Of a DNA stretch of 32,000 nucleotides, positions 8,355 through 15,869 are shown in pieces. The translations under genes were made by a program, and so were the position numbers. Location: contig NC_010539.1 in the NCBI RefSeq assembly GCF_000017845.1, positions 1 through 32,000 of the forward strand. Reading direction: 5' to 3'. This DNA comes from Crocosphaera subtropica ATCC 51142. GTDB lineage: Bacteria; Cyanobacteriota; Cyanobacteriia; Cyanobacteriales; Microcystaceae. Position 1 is the first letter of the stretch, and the number at the start of each line of letters is the position of its first letter. Below the pieces are notes generated by a model that did not search any database, had not been told where the DNA came from, and saw only the letters and a program-made list of their open reading frames with translations.

Positions 8355-9000
8355 ATAAATGTTGTCCCAAACCACACCACCCACTGTAAGCAATAGCGAT
8401 CGCATCTACTTGCGCGTCTCGTTTCAATGGGTTAAGGTAGAACATTTGTTCGAGTATGTCTGCAATATCTTCTCTTTCGGCTTTAGGATTATCAAGATTA
8501 CTTTTCCAAGTGGCAGGATTTACCATCAGAGGAAGACAACCATGACGATAAGCGACGAGGTTAAGAACGCCTAACACTTGCAGTAATTTAGCGGTTGATG
8601 GGAATTCAGGGTTAATAAAGGTCTTTTCGATCGCAATCTGTGTCGGTTGATAGTCTTTGATAATCTCTTGTAAATCAGCTTCAATTTCTGCTAATCGACA
8701 AGGTAGCGGATCATCGGAATTGGTTGAAATTAAGCCAAAATCAACCATTTGGGGGTCTTCTGTGGTTTCTCCTTCAAGGATAGCCCATCCTAATTGAGAG
8801 ATACTCGGTTTGATGCCTAGCCAACGAGGGGGATGGGAAGTTGAGGGTTTTTCCGCACTTTGATCTAAGGAGATGGCATAAGCTTTTATCTCTTCAACAA
8901 AACATTCAGGAACTCGAATGGCTTTAGTGGGGAGATGATGCCATTGAGTTCGATGAGGGTGAGGTAATGGATGATAATTCGGCATGATTGGAGTGTACAC
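8353..9000 (-). CDS. RuvC-like Holliday-junction resolvase fold protein with a ~58-aa His/Pro-rich N-terminal extension and a substituted first catalytic residue
   Basis: Aligns by eye to E. coli RuvC. 'WLGIKPSISQLGWAIL' matches 'ILGIDPGSRVTGYGVI'. 'LPCRLAEIEADLQEIIKDYQPTQIAIEKTF' matches '[30 protein letters not shown]'. 'RDAQVDAIAIA' matches 'ADAADALAIA'. The Glu and the two C-terminal Asp residues are kept, but D7 is replaced by Lys64. Confidence 0.6.
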   Translation of the reverse strand: MYTPIMPNYHPLPHPHRTQWHHLPTKAIRVPECFVEEIKAYAISLDQSAEKPSTSHPPRWLGIKPSISQLGWAILEGETTEDPQMVDFGLISTNSDDPLPCRLAEIEADLQEIIKDYQPTQIAIEKTFINPEFPSTAKLLQVLGVLNLVAYRHGCLPLMVNPATWKSNLDNPKAEREDIADILEQMFYLNPLKRDAQVDAIAIAYSGWCGLGQHL

Positions 9001-10297
9001 TCAAATAAAGATAAATAGAGTGGTTAACAATATGGATCTTGATTTTTTAATGGTTTCTGGGTTAATGGGAGACGTTCCCCCTGTTGACCCCAACCTTAAA
9101 CAATGGTTGCAACAACAGACGATTACCCAAGAGAGTCCAGGGCGTATTTTTCAAGATTGGCAAAGTTTCTTAGATTTTATTGGCACTGATGGGGCAGAAG
9201 TAACAGGAAAAAATGATTATTTCCCTATGAAACTTTTACCCGAAATTAATGCTTGTCTTAGTCAACCAATTGATATTGATTTGAAACGACCTCAACAGAA
9301 ATCTTATCCTTATATTCATGGACTTTATTTACTGGTGAGATTATTAGGATTAGCTTCTCCTATTCGAGAGGGAAAAAAGTCAAAGTTAATTATCAATCAA
9401 GACTTATTAAAAACTTGGCAGAAGTTAAACGTAACTGAACAGTATTTAATTTTATTAGAAGTTGCGCTCTTTTGGCTTTCAATTGATTATGGAAGTGTGG
9501 CGACTTTTCTTTCAACGTTTAATACTTGGATGAGATTGCCTCAAAAAAAAGTTAAAATCACGAAACAAAATGCGGGTAAATATAATTTAGATTATCTAGA
9601 AACTGTCACCCATTTTGCTCTTTTTGACCTATTTGGTTTGGTTAAATTGGAATCAGGAAAACCCTTACCAGGGAAAGGATGGAATATTACGGCTATTGAA
9701 AAAACGCCTTTTGGAGAAGCGATGATGCAAGTCCTCATTCGCTGTTTTATGAGTCAAGGAAGTTCATTTGTCTCTCATAGGGAGAATCCTTTGATCTATG
9801 GAGAATTCCAACCCTTATTACAAGAGTATTTTCCTGACTATCAACATAAATTTACCATTCCTGACCCCAATGAATCAAGGGAATTAACCGATGGTATTTA
9901 TCAATTTAAAGTCTCATTAGGGAGAGCATGGCGACGCATTCTGCTCAGGGGCGATTCGACGTTAGACCCCTTAGCTGATACTATTTTAAATGCTTTTGAC
10001 TTTGATAAAGACCATCTCTATCAATTTATTTGTAAAAATCGTTTAGGGAAGGAATTTTATATTAATGAGAGATTTTTAGAAGAACCCCCCTATACTGATA
10101 AATTTCTAGTCAAAGAATTACCTTTACAAATAGGAGATACTATGATTTTCCTCTTTGATTTTGGGGATAATTGGCAATTTTCTGTTATGTTAGAAGGGAT
10201 TAATCCCCCTGATAAAGACTTAAAAATACCGATTATTGAAGAAAGTAAGGGCAAGGCTCCAATACAATATGAAGAGTGGGATGACCATGAATATTAA
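8984..10297 (+). CDS. pRiA4b ORF-3-like (PF07929-type) domain protein
   Basis: The C-terminal region 'IYQFKVSLGRAWRRILLRGDSTLDPLADTILNAFDFDKDHLYQF...MIFLFDFGDNWQFSVMLEGI' matches the characteristic plasmid pRiA4b ORF-3 family blocks. The start is more likely the ATG at 9032 (MDLDFLM...), because 8984 overlaps the divergent RuvC-like start. Confidence 0.6.
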   Translation: MIGVYTQIKINRVVNNMDLDFLMVSGLMGDVPPVDPNLKQWLQQQTITQESPGRIFQDWQSFLDFIGTDGAEVTGKNDYFPMKLLPEINACLSQPIDIDLKRPQQKSYPYIHGLYLLVRLLGLASPIREGKKSKLIINQDLLKTWQKLNVTEQYLILLEVALFWLSIDYGSVATFLSTFNTWMRLPQKKVKITKQNAGKYNLDYLETVTHFALFDLFGLVKLESGKPLPGKGWNITAIEKTPFGEAMMQVLIRCFMSQGSSFVSHRENPLIYGEFQPLLQEYFPDYQHKFTIPDPNESRELTDGIYQFKVSLGRAWRRILLRGDSTLDPLADTILNAFDFDKDHLYQFICKNRLGKEFYINERFLEEPPYTDKFLVKELPLQIGDTMIFLFDFGDNWQFSVMLEGINPPDKDLKIPIIEESKGKAPIQYEEWDDHEY

Positions 10298-10331
10298 ACA
10301 TGAGTTAAAAAGGATAAAAAGGGGGGTTGAT

Positions 10332-11204
10332 TTATATATCAATAAACTGACTACTGCCTTCATTGGGTCTAGCGTGTAAATATTTAGAAGTAATGGTCAA
10401 AGATGAATGGCCAAGCGATCGCATCAGGACATCAATATCACAACCATTTTCTAAACTATGACAAGCATGAGCATGACGTAACCAATGAGTAGACGTATGT
10501 TCATTAATTCCTGCTTTTTCTGCGGTCTTTTTAACGATACGATGAAGTTGATGACGGTCTAACCGATTACCAAACCGTGTGGTAAACACCGCCTCTGTTT
10601 TCTGTGAACGAGGAAGCTTCTTTAACTCCTTCCAAAGATTATCACTAATTAAAACCGTCCTAACTTTACCCCCTTTCCCTGTGATAGTCGCTTGTCCCCC
10701 TTGTTTGCGAGGTCGTAAGTCACGCCAGTTGATACTCAGGGCTTCTGTTGCCCTTAGTCCCGTTGCATAAATCAAAGTTAATATTGTGCGATCGCGTCCC
10801 TCCTTGGCCGCTTCAATGAGTGCTTTTACCTCCGGCTGTTCTAAAATTCTTTCGTGTAAAGCATTAACCGAACTAGGGGCTTTAACCGCTTTGGCGATAT
10901 TCAGGGGTAAATAACCAATTTTCCAAGCATAAGAGAATAAACTCTTGATAATGGAGATTTTGAGGGCGATAGAATTTTGAGAATAGTCTTTGATGAATAG
11001 GAGATCAACCCATCGTGTCAAATCTTCTAAGAGGACATTAACTAACGGTTTTTCAACGAAACCGAGAAATTGGTTAACGGTGCGAGCGTAAGTTTTTTGG
11101 GTGCCGAGGCGTAACCCACTTAACCACAATTGGATAACTTGGGTATCGTTATCAACCTCTGTGATAGGGGGATGATAAGTATTTAGGGGTGTCATAGGGA
11201 ACAA
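10332..11204 (-). CDS. Tyrosine recombinase/integrase (XerC/XerD-like)
   Basis: 290 aa. SAM-like N-terminal domain. The catalytic signature is present: 'TGLRATEAL' (Arg), 'GKGGKVRTV' (Lys), 'HWLRHAHA' (His-x-x-Arg), and 'LGHSSLTITSKYLH' (His and the Tyr nucleophile). Confidence 0.85.
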   Translation of the reverse strand: MFPMTPLNTYHPPITEVDNDTQVIQLWLSGLRLGTQKTYARTVNQFLGFVEKPLVNVLLEDLTRWVDLLFIKDYSQNSIALKISIIKSLFSYAWKIGYLPLNIAKAVKAPSSVNALHERILEQPEVKALIEAAKEGRDRTILTLIYATGLRATEALSINWRDLRPRKQGGQATITGKGGKVRTVLISDNLWKELKKLPRSQKTEAVFTTRFGNRLDRHQLHRIVKKTAEKAGINEHTSTHWLRHAHACHSLENGCDIDVLMRSLGHSSLTITSKYLHARPNEGSSQFIDI

Positions 11205-11340
11205 CTAACACAACGATAGAAATGTTTTGTTGTATTTCTTTGACCTTATTCTAATCCCCTTTGTTCAATCTCAGGTAATCGGTTAATATCGTGAAGCGTG
11301 CAGAAGTGGCCACCTTGCTCTTTTTTTAGATGAAAAATTA

Positions 11341-12060
11341 ATGAGAATAACATTCTACGTGAATCGTGTTCCTGGGAATCCATTAAAAGGAAGAGGATGG
11401 ATTGATATCAGGAATTTGGAAGTAGTCAAACGTCTTAATATTCCCATGACAGGAGATTGTACTAATTCTCATATTCAAATTAAGGTAAAGTGTTCCTCAC
11501 CAGAGTATGAAAAGTTCAGACAAAAAGGTTATACTCGTTCAAAGTCGAATGGAATTTCAGTGGGAAAATTTGAAGAAGATTATCTAATGGTTACAGTTGC
11601 TTGTCATAGAGGAAAAGCTGGTGGCAAAAAGTTTCAGGTAATCGAAAAGCGAGAAAATGTAAGCTTGATAGTGCAAAAATCTTTAACCATAGAAGCGGTA
11701 AGGTTTTGGGCAGAAACTTGGGCAAGTGAAGGAGCTTATTTAGTAACTCCAGGAGGAAAAAAGATAGCCATCGAACAAAATAAAGTAATAGAAACTGAAT
11801 ATGTGTATTTGATATATAGTGAAGTTATGAATGCCATAAAAATAGGACGAGCTAAAAACGTAGAAAAAAGATTTACATCTTTGCAAACGGCTCATCCCTA
11901 TCCTTTAAAAATTATTAAAACCTTGAAAGTGTCTGGGAAAAAAGCTGCTATAGATTTAGAAAAACAGTTACATCAACAATTTGCTGATTATAGGTTGTCA
12001 GGAGAATGGTTCAAAGCTTGTGAGGCTTTAATGAATTTTTCTGATGATAAAAATAGCTAA
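11341..12060 (+). CDS. T5orf172/MUG113 (GIY-YIG superfamily) domain protein with an unknown N-terminal domain
   Basis: The C-terminal ~85 aa 'YVYLIYSEVMNAIKIGRAKNVEKRFTSLQTAHPYPLKIIKTL...LEKQLHQQFADYRLSGEWFK' fits the T5orf172 pattern (Y-hY..., KIG.t.n...R...lqt..p, GEWF). Confidence 0.6.
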   Translation: MRITFYVNRVPGNPLKGRGWIDIRNLEVVKRLNIPMTGDCTNSHIQIKVKCSSPEYEKFRQKGYTRSKSNGISVGKFEEDYLMVTVACHRGKAGGKKFQVIEKRENVSLIVQKSLTIEAVRFWAETWASEGAYLVTPGGKKIAIEQNKVIETEYVYLIYSEVMNAIKIGRAKNVEKRFTSLQTAHPYPLKIIKTLKVSGKKAAIDLEKQLHQQFADYRLSGEWFKACEALMNFSDDKNS

Positions 12061-12223
12061 AAGATGCTGAAATGACCTTTAATTAAAGAAAATTAATTGA
12101 GGCTTATAATTCAATTCCGAATGTGATGGAATGACGAGATTTTGTAGCACAATTTTAACTAAGGAGGGGCTTAAAAAATATTGATTCGATGTTATATAAT
12201 TAATAAAAAGTCCTGAAAAAGTT

Positions 12224-13714
12224 ATGAGTCAATCAGTAGTCGTCCCTGATGAATTAGGGGAAATAATAACAGCTGTTATTGAATTTTATCAAGATGCAGT
12301 TGATAAGATAGAGCCAAAAATAGTCTTTTTAGAATTAAGAAAGAATGTAGTGGACTGGGTATCAAGAACTCAGTTAAAAATAGAAGAAAAAGAAATTCAA
12401 GCCACTGGATTAACAAGACAACAGCAAACAGCCTATAAAGAGATGATTAATTTTATTGAGAATAGTTCAGAGCAATACTTTAGGTTGAGTGGATATGCTG
12501 GCACAGGAAAAAGCTTTTTAATGGCTAAAGTAATTGAATGGTTAAAACAAGAAGACTATAAATATTCAGTGGCCGCTCCAACTAATAAAGCAGCGAAGAA
12601 CTTAACCCAAATTGCCCGTAGTCAAGGGATAAAAATAGAAGCGACAACCGTAGCTAAACTTTTGAAACTACAACCGACTATCGATGTTGATACAGGACAA
12701 CAAAGCTTTGAATTTAACTCGGAAAAAGAGTTAGAATTAAAAGACTATGATGTAATCATTATAGATGAATATTCTATGCTCAATAAAGATAACTTTAGAG
12801 ACTTACAACAAGCAGTAAAAGGAGGAGAAAGTAAGTTCATTTTTGTGGGGGATAGTTCACAATTACCACCAGTCAAAGAAAAAGAACCGATTGTAGCTAA
12901 TCATCCTGATATAAGAAAAAGTGCTAACTTAACTCAAATTGTTAGATACGATGGTGAAATAGTAAAAGTAGCAGAAAGTATCAGACGAAATCCACGGTGG
13001 AATCATCAAACTTATCCATTTGAAACAGTGGCCGACGGGACAATAATAAAATTGAATACAGAGGATTGGTTGCAACAGGCTTTGAGTCATTTTGAAAAAG
13101 AAGATTGGTTGAGTAATCCAGATTATGTAAGGATGATAACCTGGAGAAATAAAACAGCAGATAAGTATAATCAAGCTATTCGTGAAGCTTTATATGGGGA
13201 AAATGTAGAACAGTTAGTAGTGGGCGATCGCCTGATAGCAAAGAAACCAGTATTTAGAAGTTTACCAGGGGGTAAAAAGAAAGAGAAAAAGATAATTCTT
13301 AATAATTCAGAAGAATGCAAAGTAATAGAAACTCCCAAAATTAACTATAACGAAAAATATAAATGGGAATTTTATCAAGTAAAGGTAAGAACAGATGAAG
13401 GGGGAATGATTGAGTTAAGAATTCTCACTTCTGAATCAGAAGAAAAAAGACAGAAAAAGTTAAAAGAGTTAGCTAAACGAGCTAGAGAAGAAGAAAATTA
13501 TAGTGAGAAAAAGAAACAATGGGCTATTTATTATGAACTAGATGAGTTATTTGATAATATGGCTTATGCTTATGCCCTGACTTGTCATAAAGCACAAGGA
13601 AGTTCCATCGATAATGTATTTTTATTAGTATCGGATATGCACTATTGTCGAGACAAAACAAAAATGATTTATACTGGATTAACTAGAGCTAAAAAATGTT
13701 GTTATGTAGGTTAG
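12224..13714 (+). CDS. SF1B RecD/Dda-like DNA helicase
   Basis: Walker A 'GYAGTGKSF', Walker B 'VIIIDEYSML', 'FVGDSSQLPPV' (motif III), and the C-terminal 'YALTCHKAQGSSIDNVF' and 'MIYTGLTRAKK' (motifs V/VI). There is a Lys/Glu-rich insertion of the kind seen in Dda-type tower/pin regions. Confidence 0.8.
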   Translation: MSQSVVVPDELGEIITAVIEFYQDAVDKIEPKIVFLELRKNVVDWVSRTQLKIEEKEIQATGLTRQQQTAYKEMINFIENSSEQYFRLSGYAGTGKSFLMAKVIEWLKQEDYKYSVAAPTNKAAKNLTQIARSQGIKIEATTVAKLLKLQPTIDVDTGQQSFEFNSEKELELKDYDVIIIDEYSMLNKDNFRDLQQAVKGGESKFIFVGDSSQLPPVKEKEPIVANHPDIRKSANLTQIVRYDGEIVKVAESIRRNPRWNHQTYPFETVADGTIIKLNTEDWLQQALSHFEKEDWLSNPDYVRMITWRNKTADKYNQAIREALYGENVEQLVVGDRLIAKKPVFRSLPGGKKKEKKIILNNSEECKVIETPKINYNEKYKWEFYQVKVRTDEGGMIELRILTSESEEKRQKKLKELAKRAREEENYSEKKKQWAIYYELDELFDNMAYAYALTCHKAQGSSIDNVFLLVSDMHYCRDKTKMIYTGLTRAKKCCYVG

Positions 13715-13716
13715 TT

Positions 13717-13929
13717 ATGAAAAAATTTAATGATGAGAAACTTATGAGTAAACAAGAATTATTAGAACAAGAAAAACTCTTAGAAATCGAGAGACAACAT
13801 CCTGTTTATCAAGGTATTATTAGTTATCTTTTAGAAGAAGCTTTTAGCGAAGAAAAAGAGCCTCAATATATCAAAAAAGAAGAAATCCATGAATGGCTTC
13901 TCTCTCTTGTAGATGAAAAAGATGACTAA
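13717..13929 (+). CDS. Small acidic hypothetical protein (70 aa)
   Basis: The ATG at 13717 lies 2 nt after the helicase stop (13712-13714). The track's 13696 start would overlap the helicase. The ORF is tightly packed and overlaps the next gene's start. Confidence 0.35.
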   Translation: MKKFNDEKLMSKQELLEQEKLLEIERQHPVYQGIISYLLEEAFSEEKEPQYIKKEEIHEWLLSLVDEKDD

Positions 13930-14404
13930 ATTATCCCCTCGTCAAAGAAAAGTAACTCGTCTTCATAGAATTAGCCATATATTGGACAAAGCCATCCCCA
14001 TTCCAGGGACACAATGGAGAATAGGATTAGATCCCATATTAGGATTAATACCAGGGGGTGGGGACACCATAGCAGGTGTATTATCGGCTTATATTGTTTG
14101 GGAATCAGCAAGAATGGGAGTAAACCGTAAGGTGATTGGGCAAATGGTGGCTAACGTATTGTTAGATTCATTGGCAGGTTCAGTCCCCGTAGTGGGAGAT
14201 GTTTTTGATGTAACCTGGAAAGCTAATGTAAGAAATATCGAATTATTAGAACATCATCTAAACTTTACTCCTGAAAACAAGAAAGTTGACCGACTTTTTT
14301 TGATTGGATTAAGTATAGTTTTAATTCTAATTCTCTTGGGATTTACACTTTTAACATTAGCTTTACTAACGTGGTTATGGCAAAATATTATGGGTAATAA
14401 CTAA
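13913..14404 (+). CDS. DUF4112-like small membrane protein
   Basis: 'WRIGLDPILGLIPGGGDTIAGVLSAYIV...LDSLAGSVPVVGDVFDVTWKANVRN' is the characteristic DUF4112 block. There is a C-terminal hydrophobic helix (LFLIGLSIVLILILLGFTLLTLALLTWLW). An alternative start exists at 13922. Confidence 0.6.
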   Translation: MKKMTKLSPRQRKVTRLHRISHILDKAIPIPGTQWRIGLDPILGLIPGGGDTIAGVLSAYIVWESARMGVNRKVIGQMVANVLLDSLAGSVPVVGDVFDVTWKANVRNIELLEHHLNFTPENKKVDRLFLIGLSIVLILILLGFTLLTLALLTWLWQNIMGNN

Positions 14405-14491
14405 GGTCGTAATTCTAACAAAAATGTCGTAAGATTAGTGGGGAGAGGCATAAATAGAAAGCCAAGTAAAACATCATCCTTCATTATCTAC

Positions 14492-14605
14492 GATATTGTT
14501 ACCGTGCAGAAGTTAGCCGGCCATGCTTCCCCTGTTACCACGGCAAAGTATGATAGGAGAGGGGAGGCAGTTAAGAGAAAAGCGGTGCATAATTTGGGTT
14601 TTTAA
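14492..14605 (+). pseudogene. C-terminal remnant of a tyrosine recombinase gene
   Basis: The in-frame translation 'DIVTVQKLAGHASPVTTAKYDRRGEAVKRKAVHNLGF*' is the conserved extreme C-terminus of phage-type integrases (LLGH.s..TT..Y, with the Tyr nucleophile). The upstream in-frame sequence back to the stop at 14402 has no start codon and no integrase-like sequence. Confidence 0.55.
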
Positions 14606-14708
14606 GTGCCCGCTCGCTTCTTTAGGTAAAAACTTGAAAGTATTTAAGGAAAAATAACAATTTCTACGGTTTCTCCTGCTAAAATCAGATTAAAAGTTGC
14701 TGACTTTT

Positions 14709-15869
14709 TCACGAAAGATAGGGGCGAATTTTTTCAACCGCTACTGTCAGAATGTTAGCCGCTTTCTCAATGTCTTCATCAGTGGTAAATTTGCCAACTC
14801 CAATGCGTAAGGCTCCTTCAATCATCTCATCAGATAACTTTAATGCACGCAATACATGGGAAGGAGTAGCGACTCCCGATGAACAGGCTGCACCCGTAGA
14901 AATGGCTAATTGATGGCGAACTCTGGCGATAATAGCACTATTAGGAATCCCTGGTAGAGAAATATGAAGATTACCTGCAAGGCGAGCGTTTATGTTTCCG
15001 TTAACCTGTAAATCAGGGATTTGCGCTTGTAATAAGGTTTGTAAGCGATCTCGTTGCCTAGCAATCTGCTGTTCATCTTGCTCCATTTCTAATTGACGCA
15101 GACGACAAGCTTCCCCTAATCCCACAATACCAGGGACATTGAGGGTTCCTGAACGCAGTCCTTTTTGATGGCCACCCCCAAAGATAATGGGTTCGAGAGG
15201 ATAGCCTTTTCTCACAACTAATGCGCCAACGCCCTTGGGTCCATAAAGTTTATGGGCAGAAATAGCCAGGTAAGTAATGCCCCAGTCGTTGAAATTGATA
15301 GGAATTTTACCCACAGCTTGGGAGGCATCACAAAGGAAAGGAATATCGTATTGGTGGGCGATCTGACCAATTTTTTCAATGGGGTAAATATTGCCGATCT
15401 CATTGTTGGCTGCCATAACACAGAGAAGGGATAGTCCATCAGCACAGGTATTTTCCAGATTTTCTAAATCTAATCGTCCAAAACCATCAACTTTGAGGTA
15501 AATGAGTTCAGCTTGTCCTTTTTTGGCGAGCATTTGAATGGTGTCTAAAACGGCTTTATGTTCCACGGGAGAAACGGCGATGCGGGGGAGTTTAGGGGAA
15601 TTGATGGCTTGAATATGACCAATAATGGCGAGATTAATGCTTTCCGTTGCACCAGAGGTGAAGATAATGTCTTTGGGGGAAGCCTTAATCAGTTGGGCGA
15701 TTGCTTGACGGGCGTTGTAAACTGCTTTTTCAGCTTCATCGCCGTAGGTGTGGTCAATGCTGCTGGCGTTACCGAAGGCTGTAGTTAAGTAATAAACCAT
15801 TAATTCAGCCACTCTGGGGTCAACGGGGGTGGTTGAATGGTAGTCAAGGTAAATGGGTTGAATTGTCAT
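14709..15869 (-). CDS. Class V aminotransferase-fold cysteine desulfurase (NifS/IscS/DndA-like)
   Basis: 386 aa. 'IYLDYHSTTPVDPRV' at the N-terminus, the PLP-lysine motif 'ISAHKLYGPKGVGAL', 'RSGTLNVPGIVGLGEA', and the catalytic-Cys loop 'STGAACSSG'. The start codon overlaps the stop of the upstream 1841-aa gene (ATGA at 15866-15869). Confidence 0.9.
   Translation of the reverse strand: MTIQPIYLDYHSTTPVDPRVAELMVYYLTTAFGNASSIDHTYGDEAEKAVYNARQAIAQLIKASPKDIIFTSGATESINLAIIGHIQAINSPKLPRIAVSPVEHKAVLDTIQMLAKKGQAELIYLKVDGFGRLDLENLENTCADGLSLLCVMAANNEIGNIYPIEKIGQIAHQYDIPFLCDASQAVGKIPINFNDWGITYLAISAHKLYGPKGVGALVVRKGYPLEPIIFGGGHQKGLRSGTLNVPGIVGLGEACRLRQLEMEQDEQQIARQRDRLQTLLQAQIPDLQVNGNINARLAGNLHISLPGIPNSAIIARVRHQLAISTGAACSSGVATPSHVLRALKLSDEMIEGALRIGVGKFTTDEDIEKAANILTVAVEKIRPYLS

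Noticed and set aside
11298-14513. The 11-mer CGTGCAGAAGT occurs at both 11298-11308 and 14503-14513. It could be read as attL/attR direct repeats flanking the T5orf172-helicase cassette.
   Set aside because: In 32 kb, on the order of a hundred exact 11-mer coincidences are expected by chance on one strand. Similarity decays immediately outside the 11-mer. The integrase gene would also lie outside the putative element.
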